The translations under genes and the position numbers were made by a program. From positions 138,350 through 202,349 of the forward strand of contig CAITYF010000029.1 of NCBI GenBank assembly GCA_903896545.1: 64,000 nt of DNA. The letters run 5' to 3'. This document shows positions 8,637-18,356 of this stretch, in pieces (the stretch's first letter is position 1; each line of letters begins with the position of its first letter). The notes under the pieces were generated by a model. The model made no database searches. It was not told the origin of the DNA and saw only the letters and a program-made list of their open reading frames with translations. The DNA comes from an uncultured Myxococcales bacterium (GTDB lineage: Bacteria > Myxococcota_A > UBA9042).

Positions 8637-11400
8637 CAAGATCCGGCGATTGATTCGGCCCGCTTCGGCGGCTCCGGCTGCTCGCCCCGCGGACAAGCCC
8701 GCGACAACGACGACTCCCGTGGACGCTGGCCGCCCGGTGATGCGCCGTCGTGCGGTGGAAGTTCCAGGTGCGCACACGCCCGTCGTGGAAACACACGCGC
8801 CTGTCGTCGCGCCGCCACCGCCAGCTCCAGCGCCGACCCCTGCGCCTGCACCCGTGGTTGTGGCACCGCCGCCCGTCGTCGTGGTTGCGCCGCCCGCGCC
8901 CGAACCGAAACCGGTCCCGGTTGCTCCGGCTCCTGAACCAGAAGTGGTCGTGGCGCCAGTCGTTGCGCCAGTCACCGGTCAGTACAAAGACGACCGCCCG
9001 CGTCTGAACCGCGCGCGCTTGGAAGACTTGACCCCGCCGCCGGAAATGATGCTGAAGATCAGCGAGCCCGCGCCGGTGCCGGTCGAGCCGACAGTCGCGC
9101 CGGTGCCCGCACCAGTCGTTGCCGCGGAAGTGGCCGTGCCTGCGACGCCGAGCATCCAGCCCGCGCCGACGCCGATCGCGGCCGAGCCCGTGCCTGACGA
9201 AGAAGCGGCCAAGCCGATCTTGTTGAACGAGATTGGCGCCGCACTCGGTGCCGGTGCGACGACGCGCCCGAAGAGTGGCCTCGTCCGCATGGCGATGCCG
9301 GACTATTTGAAGGACATTCCGAAGCCGACGCCCAAGGCAGCGCTGACCGATGCGCCTGCTCCGCCGCCATCAGCCGCGCCCGCCGCGCCGCCGCAAGCGG
9401 GCAGCGAAATGGGTGCCGATCGCGCCGGTCCGCCGCGTCCAGGTGCAGAACGCGAAGATCCGCGCAATGCGCGTGGTCGCAAGGTGATCTACGATCGCCG
9501 CCGCGATTCGTCCGCGACGACCGCCGATGGCGGACGCATTCGCGGCGGTAAGAAACCGCGCAAGGGCATGAAGCCCCTCGCGCCGGTCGCGCCCGCGAAG
9601 CAGGAAAAGCGTCACTTGCGCATCGAGGACACCATCACTGTGGCCAACCTCGCGCACCAGATGTCGGTCAAGGGCACGGAAGTCATCCGCAAGCTTTTCG
9701 ACCTCGGCATCATGGCGACGGTCAATCACCCGCTGGATCTGGAGACGGTTGAGCTCATCGCGGGCGAATTCGGCTTCACGGTCGAGAACGTCGGCTTCGA
9801 TCTGGACGCGTACCTCCAGAAGCCCGAGGACACCAAGGGTCAGGAAGTGCAGCGGAGCCCGGTCGTCACCGTCATGGGTCACGTGGACCACGGCAAGACG
9901 AGCCTTTTGGATGCGATTCGCAAGACGCGCACCGCGGCCAAGGAAGCGGGCGGCATTACCCAGCACATCGGCGCGTACGTCGCGGAAGTGCCTGGTTCGT
10001 CGTTTGCGGACGGCAAGGATCGCCGCGTCGTGTTTCTGGATACGCCGGGTCACGAAGCGTTTACGGCCATGCGTGCGCGCGGGGCGAAGGCGACGGACGT
10101 CATCGTGCTCGTCGTTGCGGCGGACGACGGCGTGATGCCGCAGACGATCGAGGCAATCGCTCACGCGAAGGCGGCCAACGTGCCGATCATCGTGGCGGTC
10201 AACAAGATCGACAAGCCCGGTGCGGACGTCGAGCGCGTGCGCCGCGAGCTCGCCGATCAAGGCGTCGTTGCGGAAGAATGGGGCGGCGACACGATCTTCT
10301 GCGAAGTGTCGGCAAAGACGGGCGTCGGACTCGACAAGCTGCTTGAAATGCTGGCGTTGCAGTCGGACATCATGGAGCTCAAGGCCAATCCGCACGCCGA
10401 TGCGCGCGGTCTCGTTGTCGAATCGCGGCTGGAGAAAGGCCGCGGTCCCGTCGCGACGCTGCTGGTTCAGTCCGGTACGCTCAAGCGCGGTCAGTTCGTC
10501 GTGGCCGGCAGCCAATACTGCCGCGTTCGCGCGATGCTGGACGACATGGGCCGTCCGCTGGAAGAAGCCGGTCCGGCAACGCCTGTGGAAGTCATCGGCT
10601 TTGACGCCGTGACGAGCGCAGGCGATGAAATGTACGTCGTGGCCGATGAAAAGAAGGCCAAGGCGATCGTCGAGCACCGGGTCGAGAAGGCGCGCGAGAA
10701 ATCGGCGCTTGTCACGTCGCGGCGCACGCTGGAAAGCCTGGGCGAAGTGGGCGAGACGGTCACGAAGGACCTCAACCTCATCATCAAGGCGGACGTGCAC
10801 GGTTCGGCGGAGGCGCTCAAGCAGGCGCTGTCCAAGATCGAGCACGAGGAAGTCAAAGTGCGCGTCCTGCACGCGGCCGTTGGCGGCGTGACGGAATCCG
10901 ACATCAACCTGGCGTCGGCGTCGAAGGCGGTCATCATCGCGTTCAACGTGAAGCCGGAAGTGAAGGGCAAGCGCTTGGCGGACGATCTCAACGTCCTCAT
11001 CCAGCCGTTCTCGGTCATCTACGACGCGATCGACTTTGTCACCGCGCGTCTGGAAGGCATGTTGGAGCCGATCATCGAGGAGGTCATCCTCGGTCACGCC
11101 GATGTGCGCAACCTGTTCAACGTGCCGAAGCTGGGGACCATCGCCGGCTGCAGCGTGTTGGACGGCGTCATCCAACGCAGCGCCAAGATGCGCGTTCTCC
11201 GGGCGAAAGAGAACATTTGGGAAGGCGAAATCGCGTCCCTCAAGCGCTTCAAGGACGACGTCAAGGAAGTCGCGCAGGGCTACGAGTGCGGCATTGGCCT
11301 GACCGGCTTTGCCAAGCTGAACGTGGGCGATCAGCTCGAGTGCTTTGAGTTGAAGAAGACCGCGCGCAAGCTGACGCCCGTGGCGACGGCCCGCGCTTAG
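8497..11400 (+). CDS. infB: translation initiation factor IF-2
   Basis: IF2 N-terminal domain ([25 protein letters not shown]). A Pro/Ala/Val-rich linker follows. G-domain motifs [19 protein letters not shown] and NKID are present. The C-terminal domains run to the stop at 11400. The start is uncertain: TTG 8497 was chosen, with GTG 8392, GTG 8461 and ATG 8551 as alternatives. Confidence 0.85.
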   Translation: MAVATTTLTVKDLARELNMTDVELMAKAKAGGTVLSTFSRLTPADADKIRRLIRPASAAPAARPADKPATTTTPVDAGRPVMRRRAVEVPGAHTPVVETHAPVVAPPPPAPAPTPAPAPVVVAPPPVVVVAPPAPEPKPVPVAPAPEPEVVVAPVVAPVTGQYKDDRPRLNRARLEDLTPPPEMMLKISEPAPVPVEPTVAPVPAPVVAAEVAVPATPSIQPAPTPIAAEPVPDEEAAKPILLNEIGAALGAGATTRPKSGLVRMAMPDYLKDIPKPTPKAALTDAPAPPPSAAPAAPPQAGSEMGADRAGPPRPGAEREDPRNARGRKVIYDRRRDSSATTADGGRIRGGKKPRKGMKPLAPVAPAKQEKRHLRIEDTITVANLAHQMSVKGTEVIRKLFDLGIMATVNHPLDLETVELIAGEFGFTVENVGFDLDAYLQKPEDTKGQEVQRSPVVTVMGHVDHGKTSLLDAIRKTRTAAKEAGGITQHIGAYVAEVPGSSFADGKDRRVVFLDTPGHEAFTAMRARGAKATDVIVLVVAADDGVMPQTIEAIAHAKAANVPIIVAVNKIDKPGADVERVRRELADQGVVAEEWGGDTIFCEVSAKTGVGLDKLLEMLALQSDIMELKANPHADARGLVVESRLEKGRGPVATLLVQSGTLKRGQFVVAGSQYCRVRAMLDDMGRPLEEAGPATPVEVIGFDAVTSAGDEMYVVADEKKAKAIVEHRVEKAREKSALVTSRRTLESLGEVGETVTKDLNLIIKADVHGSAEALKQALSKIEHEEVKVRVLHAAVGGVTESDINLASASKAVIIAFNVKPEVKGKRLADDLNVLIQPFSVIYDAIDFVTARLEGMLEPIIEEVILGHADVRNLFNVPKLGTIAGCSVLDGVIQRSAKMRVLRAKENIWEGEIASLKRFKDDVKEVAQGYECGIGLTGFAKLNVGDQLECFELKKTARKLTPVATARA

Positions 11401-11409
11401 GCAAATCTC

Positions 11410-11814
11410 ATGCGCAGACAACCCAGTTTTACCCGGGCCGATCGGCTCGAAACGCTGATGTTGGACGAAGTCGAACGGCTGCTGTCGTACGAAGTTCGTT
11501 CGCCCTTGGCGCTAACGGTGAAGGTCGTAACCGGTCGCTTGGCGCCGGATCTGGGGCACTTGCGCGTGAACTACGTGTTGCGTGACACAGACGGAACGGC
11601 GGAACCGAGCAAGGCGCTCCTTGACGTGCTGGAGCGCGCGCAGAGCTTCATCGGCCGCACGTTGGTGGACGCACTCGATTTGCGCACGAAGCCGCACGTG
11701 GTCTTCGTTTTTGACAAGGACGCGCAAGGCGCGCAGCGGATCGAGAAGATTCTGGCTGAAGAACGAGCCAAGCGCGCCGCCGCCGAGGAGCCGTCAGAAG
11801 ATGTCCCAGCGTAA
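11410..11814 (+). CDS. rbfA: ribosome-binding factor A
   Basis: 134-aa product (RADRLETLMLDEVERLLSYEVRSPL...) has RbfA-like size and sits immediately after infB in the conserved position. Confidence 0.8.
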   Translation: MRRQPSFTRADRLETLMLDEVERLLSYEVRSPLALTVKVVTGRLAPDLGHLRVNYVLRDTDGTAEPSKALLDVLERAQSFIGRTLVDALDLRTKPHVVFVFDKDAQGAQRIEKILAEERAKRAAAEEPSEDVPA

Positions 11815-12736
11815 GCCAGCGCAAGTGCACGGCCTGCTCGTCATCGACAAGCCGGCAGGGTGGACGTCGCGCGACGTCGTCAACAAGGTCAGCGGCTTGC
11901 TCGGCGAGAAGCGGGTCGGCCACGCAGGGACGTTGGATCCCATGGCGACCGGCATCTTGTTGATCGCGTTTGGTGAAGCGACCAAGGGCGTGCGCTGGTG
12001 GCAAGACGCATCCAAGACGTATGAGACCGTCGTGCGGTTTGGCAGCGCGACGCTGTCTGACGATGCCGAGAGCCCTCCGCTGCGAACCGCCAAAGTGCCG
12101 ACGCTGACGTTGGAAACTGTGCGCGCGGCGCTGCCGCCGACCGGTGAGATCTTGCAAGTACCACCCGCCGTGAGCGCGCTTCAGCGCGGTGGTGTGCGCG
12201 ACCACGCGCGCGTCCGCAAGGGTGAAGTCGTGGTCCGCGAGCCACGTCCGGTGCGCTTGGAGGCGGTCGAAGTGCTGGCCATTGACGGCGCGGACGTGCA
12301 ACTTCGCGTGACGTGTGGCGCCGGCTTCTACATTCGCGCGCTGGGCCGCGACTTGGGCGAGGCGATGAAGTCCGCCGCGCATCTCGCGACTTTGCGCCGC
12401 ACCTTTGGCGGCGGATTCACGCTTGCGGAAGCGATTAGCCTCGAAGCGTTCCAGAAGTTGCCCGAGGACGAGCGCTTCACGCACTTGCGCCCTTTGCCTC
12501 AGGCGCTCGGCCGCGTGCTGCCGACGCTGACGGTGGGCGACGACCTGGTGTTGGCGTTCCGGCAGGGGAAGCAACCTGTTCTGCAAACGGAACTGCGCGG
12601 TGAAATTCTGGTGCTGGACGAACTCGGTCGCGCTGTGTGCGTCGTTGTGGCGCACGACGACGAAGCCGGTGCGCGCCTTGTCGTCGAGCGCGGTTTTGTC
12701 GCCCCGGATGCTGCCCCTGCTGCTGACAACGAGTAA
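11801..12736 (+). CDS. truB: tRNA pseudouridine(55) synthase TruB
   Basis: ATG 11801 (MSQRKPAQVHGLLVIDKPAGWTSRDVVNKV...) with the catalytic-Asp motif GHAGTLDPMATGILLIAFGEATK. It overlaps the rbfA 3' end by 14 nt. Confidence 0.85.
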   Translation: MSQRKPAQVHGLLVIDKPAGWTSRDVVNKVSGLLGEKRVGHAGTLDPMATGILLIAFGEATKGVRWWQDASKTYETVVRFGSATLSDDAESPPLRTAKVPTLTLETVRAALPPTGEILQVPPAVSALQRGGVRDHARVRKGEVVVREPRPVRLEAVEVLAIDGADVQLRVTCGAGFYIRALGRDLGEAMKSAAHLATLRRTFGGGFTLAEAISLEAFQKLPEDERFTHLRPLPQALGRVLPTLTVGDDLVLAFRQGKQPVLQTELRGEILVLDELGRAVCVVVAHDDEAGARLVVERGFVAPDAAPAADNE

Positions 12737-12739
12737 CAC

Positions 12740-13690
12740 GTGAAAGCGGCCTTTTCCGCAGAAATCACGGCGCGCCACCCGCTGCTCTACAGCGATCCTC
12801 CGCGCGCAGATCGACCGCCGCACGTACGCGCTGGCTCGGCGCTCGTGCGCATCGATGACGAACTTCTCGTATTTCAGGATGATTGCCTGTGGCTGGCCGT
12901 CGTCGCCCTGCCCGCGCTGACGGTGACCTCGCTGGCCTTGCCGACCGACGGCGGCATCCGGGTCTTTGACCACGCACACAAAGCGCAGAAACCGGACCTG
13001 GAGGGCGCATTTGCCATCGCGCACGGTGCGTCGTGGCGTGTCGTCGCGCTGGGTTCCGGCTCCACGCCAACGCGCCGTCGCTGGCTCGTCATCGACGACT
13101 GGCACGGCGCCCGAACGATGCGCTGGATAGACGCCTCGCCATTTTACGATGTGCTGGTTTCGCGGACGGACTTCTCCGGCGCGGAGCTGAACCTCGAAGG
13201 CGCCGTCGTGCGAGGCGACCGGCTCGTCCTCTTGCAGCGCGGCAATGGGTCACCGCACGCAGGTTTGGAACCGATAGACGCAACGGCCGAGATGAAGGTC
13301 GCTGACGTCCTGGCCTGGATCGATGATCCAACGCTGCCGCCCCCGCCGCTGTTGAACGTTCGTGCGCGCCATCCGGGGATGCTCGACGGCGTGCAGTTGT
13401 CGCTCACGGACGCCGCGGCACTGGACGCGGAAACGCTGCTGGCGCTCGCAGCGGCAGAGGCGTCACCTGATACGTTTGCGGATGGCCAAGTCGTCGGCGC
13501 GGCCTTGGGCATTCTCAGTGCCGAGAACGAAGCGTGGGCAGTTCTGACCGAAAACGGTGCGCGGTTTGTCGGGAAGCCGGAAGGCATCGCACTGGACGCC
13601 GCCGTGCCCCGCACTGGCTGGGTGGTTCTGGACGCCGATGACCCGAACCGCCCCGCGGAACTCTGCCGGTTTGTCTGGCACACGCCTTAG
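12740..13690 (+). CDS. hypothetical protein (first gene of the truB/rpsO accessory insertion)
   Basis: 316-aa ORF with GTG start 3 nt after the truB stop. No domain recognised. It is convergent with the downstream small lipoprotein genes. Confidence 0.4.
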   Translation: MKAAFSAEITARHPLLYSDPPRADRPPHVRAGSALVRIDDELLVFQDDCLWLAVVALPALTVTSLALPTDGGIRVFDHAHKAQKPDLEGAFAIAHGASWRVVALGSGSTPTRRRWLVIDDWHGARTMRWIDASPFYDVLVSRTDFSGAELNLEGAVVRGDRLVLLQRGNGSPHAGLEPIDATAEMKVADVLAWIDDPTLPPPPLLNVRARHPGMLDGVQLSLTDAAALDAETLLALAAAEASPDTFADGQVVGAALGILSAENEAWAVLTENGARFVGKPEGIALDAAVPRTGWVVLDADDPNRPAELCRFVWHTP

Positions 13691-13696
13691 CTGCCC

Positions 13697-14131
13697 CTAC
13701 TTGTTGGCTGCGGGACGTTCCTTGCCGGTAAAACTCAGCGCGTCGATCTGCCACGTCTGGCCAACCTTCTGCAGCGGCACGTCGTACTTCGCGCCTGCGC
13801 CGGTGTCATTTTGCCGCCGCAGCTTCAGCCACGCCGTATCGCCCTCGACATCGACACTCTCCAGATTCTCGCTGACCAAATAGAAATACGGGTGCTGTCG
13901 CGACTGCTTGGCGTCGTCCCCGCGCGCGTGCGCCAAGAGCCCGGCCACCAACGGTCGCGACTGTTCGGTGAAGCCGGCCAGGAACGTCTGCTCATCGCCC
14001 AACATCGCCGCGGCGGTCGTGCGCAACCAGGCTTCCTTTGGCGATTCGACGCGGACGTACTTGTACCACGCGAGAATGCCGCCGCCGATAACAAGGAGGA
14101 GCGCAAACACGGCGAGCAGTTTCTTCATCAT
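13697..14131 (-). CDS. small membrane-anchored/secreted protein, paralog of the adjacent gene
   Basis: 144 aa with an N-terminal signal-anchor (MMKKLLAVFALLLVIGGGILAW). It shares blocks with the neighbour: FLAG/FLGL, VEGDTAWL/VEENGHRAIV, and the C-terminal GQTWQIDAL/EGQWRIDLL. Confidence 0.55.
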   Translation of the reverse strand: MMKKLLAVFALLLVIGGGILAWYKYVRVESPKEAWLRTTAAAMLGDEQTFLAGFTEQSRPLVAGLLAHARGDDAKQSRQHPYFYLVSENLESVDVEGDTAWLKLRRQNDTGAGAKYDVPLQKVGQTWQIDALSFTGKERPAANK

Positions 14132-14137
14132 TCTCTC

Positions 14138-14533
14138 TCAACGCTCGGGCGAAATGGCTTCGGCAAATTGCGGCATCTCCAGCAGGTCGATGCGCCACTG
14201 CCCCTCTACCAGCCGCATGGGCACACGGCTGGCCGGCTTCTTGGACCGGGTCGTCACGATAGCACGATGCCCGTTCTCTTCCACAGACACCACGTCGCCG
14301 TCGGGCAGCAAGCGCGCGGTCGGTCGGCCATCGCGCAACACTTTGTAAACGCGCCCCGATTGGTTCACGACTGTAGGCGCCGCCGTCAACAACGCGGCCG
14401 CGCGCGGTTCGCACAGCCCAAGAAACGCCGCGTCGTCCTTTGCCGCCAGCGCCGCGCGTGCGTGATCGAGCACGTCCGCAGGTTCATCGCGGCAGGCAGT
14501 CAACAGCAGCAAGGTGGCGAGGGTGCGTCGCAT
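14138..14533 (-). CDS. small lipoprotein, paralog of 13697-14131
   Basis: 131 aa with lipobox LLLLTAC and the same C-terminal W.IDL block as the downstream paralog. The two are 6 nt apart and likely co-transcribed. Confidence 0.55.
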   Translation of the reverse strand: MRRTLATLLLLTACRDEPADVLDHARAALAAKDDAAFLGLCEPRAAALLTAAPTVVNQSGRVYKVLRDGRPTARLLPDGDVVSVEENGHRAIVTTRSKKPASRVPMRLVEGQWRIDLLEMPQFAEAISPER

Positions 14534-14861
14534 AGCTGGTTGGTGTCACGGATCTGGCGCGACGTCAATGGCGAGCGCCGCGGCAGCGTCGGCCATCGAC
14601 TCTGAACGATGGTAGATCGTCTCGTCTCGATCGGCGGGTCGCCAGAGGCCTGCGCGCGCGCTCCAAGTCCGAATCGCGACAGCTCTACCGGACGAGCGTT
14701 GATGTTGGACGCATTTCAGCCTACCTACACACTCCGACCGAAGTTCGAGATCAAACCGCTTCCATCCGCGGCGTGCCACCGGAGATGCACGCTCGTGGGC
14801 CCAGTCCGAGACCCAACAGGTCTGACCGAAGCAACTTGGTGTTCGAAAGAGGTCGGCATGT

Positions 14862-16046
14862 TTAGAGCGGCAAGCTCTCCCGCACGACATAACGGGCAAA
14901 AACTTGCGGGTGCCAGAGGCGATCGAAGCGGTCTTGAATGTGCCGCTGCCGCTCCACGCGCACGCTGTGCGGCTCGTTGTACAATTCGTCCAAGACCCGC
15001 CAGACACGATTCCAGTCGACCGCATCGGCGAGTTCGTAGCCCATCGGTCCGAGGTCGAGAACCTCAGTGCCCATTTCGAAGGGCGCATACCAGCGCAACG
15101 CGAGCTCGTCCGCCGGTACCGATGCGCCGGTCAAGAAGCTGTCGATGAAGCGAAACGGAAGGCTGCGACGAAAGCCACTGATGTTGATGTTGTGCCACGC
15201 GCGACCCACGACCTGCGGATAGTTGGCGTCGTAGACCTGCGCGCCGCGCCGGGTCTTGTGGTCCGTGTTCAAGACGCGGGCGTCGACACGCGTGGCATAG
15301 CGCCGCCGCATCTCTTCGACCAGCAAGCCGCGTTTCTCATTCGGATGCGAAACGAGCCCGCTAAACCGCGACATGACAACGCCTTCGGGACCATGAAGAA
15401 TCGGTTTGTCCGTCCCAAAATAGGCAAAAAGCGCTGTATCCTTGACTCCCTGTCCCGCGAGACGCCACTGCTGCAAAATCCTGGTGTTGCGCCGCTGGTT
15501 GAGCGTGCGGGAGAGCGGGCGCCCCAGCATCGCCGGGCGGATGCGCGACTGGTATGTCAGCACGTCCGGGTGGTACGGAAAAAACGCGTCTTGGGCAATG
15601 GGAAAGCCCCGCGGGTCGAAGGTCGTCGGACACTGCGCCTTGAAGTAGACGTCCGTGTCCATGAGCAGGTCGGTCTGGAACAGATAAGGCGAGTCGGCCA
15701 AGTCCAGCACAAACCGCCGCTTCTTGCCGCCCGCTTCGACGGCGCCGGTCAGCATGGCCCCGGAGCCCCGCGCGAGCGAGTCCATCAACCGCGGGAAAAG
15801 CCGGCGCACCGCTGGCGCTGCCTTCGCGTGGAGTTGAAACGGCGGCGTGACGAACGTTGTCCGGAGTTGGAATTCGATCTCACCGGCGTCATGGAGCATT
15901 TGCAGGCCAAACACCAGCCACTCAAAGTAGTCCATGTAGGGAAAATGGATCGGATCAAGCGTGACTCTGACGGGAGCTGGCATGACGTCCTCGGTGCTCA
16001 CTGGGCCGCCGTCGAGATGCCGCGGTCGCCAGCAGTTGTCGCTCAA
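14862..16046 (-). CDS. hypothetical protein, possible transferase; divergent from the HAD-kinase-nucleotidyltransferase cassette
   Basis: 394-aa ORF that appears somewhat less GC-rich than its neighbours. I am not confident of any domain. The real start may be the internal Met (MPAPVRV..., about 15983). Confidence 0.45.
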   Translation of the reverse strand: MSDNCWRPRHLDGGPVSTEDVMPAPVRVTLDPIHFPYMDYFEWLVFGLQMLHDAGEIEFQLRTTFVTPPFQLHAKAAPAVRRLFPRLMDSLARGSGAMLTGAVEAGGKKRRFVLDLADSPYLFQTDLLMDTDVYFKAQCPTTFDPRGFPIAQDAFFPYHPDVLTYQSRIRPAMLGRPLSRTLNQRRNTRILQQWRLAGQGVKDTALFAYFGTDKPILHGPEGVVMSRFSGLVSHPNEKRGLLVEEMRRRYATRVDARVLNTDHKTRRGAQVYDANYPQVVGRAWHNINISGFRRSLPFRFIDSFLTGASVPADELALRWYAPFEMGTEVLDLGPMGYELADAVDWNRVWRVLDELYNEPHSVRVERQRHIQDRFDRLWHPQVFARYVVRESLPL

Positions 16047-16294
16047 GCGTAGCGCGGACGTGATGCGCTGGGCAAGCGCGCGGTGGCGCGAGCTGGCGGA
16101 ACTGGAAGGGCGCGACAGAACAGCGGCCCCATTGCCACCGATTCGACAGAAGCAGCTAAAACCAAACGCTTTTCATGGCGCGCGAACGCGCTTGACGTCG
16201 CCCATCTGGCCGGTCAGACTCGCCGCGCTCGCTCGGAGAACCGCGTTGCGGTCTGGAGCGGAAGACGCGGCGTCAGGTTTCCGGAGCGATTGCC

Positions 16295-16678
16295 ATGATC
16301 CACAAAGAGAATGTTCTGGTCATGGATTTGGACGGGACGCTCTGCCCCATCAAAAAGCCCGGCGAGCGATACGAAGACCTGCTGCCACGCGCGGACGTGT
16401 TGACCAAGCTGTTGGAATACCGGAAGAACGGCTTTTACATCATCATTCAAACCGCCAGGAACATGCGCACCTACGAGGGGAACGTCGGGAGAATTAACGC
16501 GAACACCGCGAAGTCCGTGTTCCAGTGGCTGGATCGGCACGAAATTCCGCACGATGAGGTCCACTTTGGCAAGCCGTGGTCTGGCAAGGGGGGCTTCTAC
16601 GTGGACGACAAGGCTGTTCGCCCTGACGAATTTCTCCAACTCACGCACGAAGAAATTCTTGCTTTGGTCTCCAAATGA
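16295..16678 (+). CDS. small capless HAD-superfamily phosphatase (sugar-phosphate phosphatase-like, GmhB/KdsC-type architecture)
   Basis: GGAG RBS 9 nt before ATG 16295. HAD motif I is LVMDLDGTLCP and motif II is IIIQTARN. Motifs III/IV are GKPWSGKGGFYVDDKA. At 127 aa it has no cap domain. Its stop overlaps the next gene's ATG (ATGA). Confidence 0.7.
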   Translation: MIHKENVLVMDLDGTLCPIKKPGERYEDLLPRADVLTKLLEYRKNGFYIIIQTARNMRTYEGNVGRINANTAKSVFQWLDRHEIPHDEVHFGKPWSGKGGFYVDDKAVRPDEFLQLTHEEILALVSK

Positions 16679-18351
16679 GTGGCCTGCTCATCGTGCCCTC
16701 CGCGCGGCTGATTCCCGCTGAGCTCCAGGGCGATTTCGGGCAGATTCCGTCGTGCATGATCCCTTTTGGGGGCGCCCCGGCGCTTCAACAGATCCTGACC
16801 GCAGTTGCAGGTTCGGACACGCGGGTGCTCGTCGCCGGGCATGAGAATATCGCGTGGATCGAAAGCTTTCTCGCGCACTCGCCGCAGAGCGCCGTGCGGG
16901 TGCTCGACGTCGGACAGACGCGTAGTTTGGGTGAAACGCTGTTGAGCGCGCTACGCAGCGAGGCGAATCTGGACTGCAGTCTGATCGTGAACTTTGGCGA
17001 CACCGTCGTTCCCGGTGAACTGCCGACAGGGGATTCCTTCGTCTTCGCGTGCCCTGACGAGCTATTCCGCTGGACGACGTTTCGTTTAGCGGCGACCGGT
17101 TACATTGAGCAGATCGTTGACCGGGGCTTAGAAAAGAACGACGAGGCCGATCGCCGTGTCTTCGTCGGTGTCTTCTCCTTTCAAGACGCCAAACGCTTCG
17201 CCAAATGCCTCGCTGATGCCCTTGCCACGCCGTCGCCGGAGCTTGATTCGTTCTACCGAGCCGTGCTCGCTTATTACAATTCCGCCGACTTTCCGCCCGT
17301 TGCCCGCCAGGTCGACCTGTGGATCGATCTGGGTCACCTGGACACGTACTACGCCTCGCGACGCTTACACGCGATGGGGGCGCGCTCCTTCAACACGGTC
17401 CTCGTCGACCCATTTCGCAGCATCCTGACGAAGAAAAGCCGCAACGAAGCGAAGTTCGCCGATGAGATCCAGTGGTACACACGCCTGCCGCCGGCTCTGG
17501 GCTACCTCGCGCCACGGGTCTTTTCGCATTCCGTTGTTCCGGGCGAAATGAGCATCGATCTGGAGTTCTACGGCTACCCGCCGCTTTCCGAAGTGTTCCT
17601 GTTTTCCCGGTTGGATCTAGCAGAATGGCGGGCGATTTTTGGACGCTTGGGGTTGGTTCTGGAAGACATGGCCCGTTACCAAACCGGGCCGGGCGATCGC
17701 GAACGCATCCGGCCCTCCCTCCGTTCCATGTATCTGGACAAGACGCTGGAACGACTTCAGGAAGTGATGGGCCTCCAAGTCGATCCGGCGATCCTGAACG
17801 GTCCGCTGGAGGTCAACGGCAAGCTGTGCGTACCGTTGCGCGACCTTCTGCAGGCGCTGCCCGATCTGCTCGAGGCTTCAGGACTGCAGGACGCTGCGCA
17901 CTTTTCAGTCATTCACGGCGATTTCTGTCTGAGCAACATCCTTTTTGATCGTCGCAGCCGCACCGTCCGGCTGGTCGATCCGCGGGGCCGTTTCGGGGAA
18001 TTCGACATCTACGGCGACCCACGCTACGACTTGGCCAAACTCTCGCATTGCTTCAACGGCGGTTACGACTTCCTGGTCCAAGGGCTCTTCTCGCTGGAAT
18101 CCACTTCGCCGGGCGTCTACCGCCTCACGGAATTCGCCAACGCCCTCCATCACCAAATCCGCGATGCCTTCAACGCGCAGTTTCTCCCGTCGCCGGTGCT
18201 GTACAATCAGGTACGTCTCATCGAGTCGCTGCTGTTTCTCAGCATGGTTCCACTCCACGCGGATCGGCCGCTTTCGCAGCAGGCGTTTCTTCTCCGCGGG
18301 CTCCAGACGGCGACTCCCTACTTCTCTCATTTGCATTCCTCCGCCAGGTGA
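16675..18351 (+). CDS. fusion protein: degenerate nucleotidyltransferase-like N-domain plus APH/choline-kinase-fold phosphotransferase C-domain
   Basis: The N-terminus shows the NTP-transferase fold pattern with a weakened G-loop (IPFGGAP, VGQTRSLGETLL about QxxLGTghA, LIVNFGDTVV about LxxGDxx). The C-terminus has Brenner-type kinase motifs VIHGDFCLSNILFD and LVDPRGRFGEFDIYGDPRYDLAKL. Length is 558 aa, and the gene is translationally coupled to the HAD gene. Confidence 0.65.
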   Translation: MSGLLIVPSARLIPAELQGDFGQIPSCMIPFGGAPALQQILTAVAGSDTRVLVAGHENIAWIESFLAHSPQSAVRVLDVGQTRSLGETLLSALRSEANLDCSLIVNFGDTVVPGELPTGDSFVFACPDELFRWTTFRLAATGYIEQIVDRGLEKNDEADRRVFVGVFSFQDAKRFAKCLADALATPSPELDSFYRAVLAYYNSADFPPVARQVDLWIDLGHLDTYYASRRLHAMGARSFNTVLVDPFRSILTKKSRNEAKFADEIQWYTRLPPALGYLAPRVFSHSVVPGEMSIDLEFYGYPPLSEVFLFSRLDLAEWRAIFGRLGLVLEDMARYQTGPGDRERIRPSLRSMYLDKTLERLQEVMGLQVDPAILNGPLEVNGKLCVPLRDLLQALPDLLEASGLQDAAHFSVIHGDFCLSNILFDRRSRTVRLVDPRGRFGEFDIYGDPRYDLAKLSHCFNGGYDFLVQGLFSLESTSPGVYRLTEFANALHHQIRDAFNAQFLPSPVLYNQVRLIESLLFLSMVPLHADRPLSQQAFLLRGLQTATPYFSHLHSSAR

Positions 18352-18356
18352 ACGCC

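Noticed and set aside
9370-11421. 683-aa ORF antisense to infB
   Set aside because: Same reasoning: an R/A/D-rich artefact opposite IF-2.
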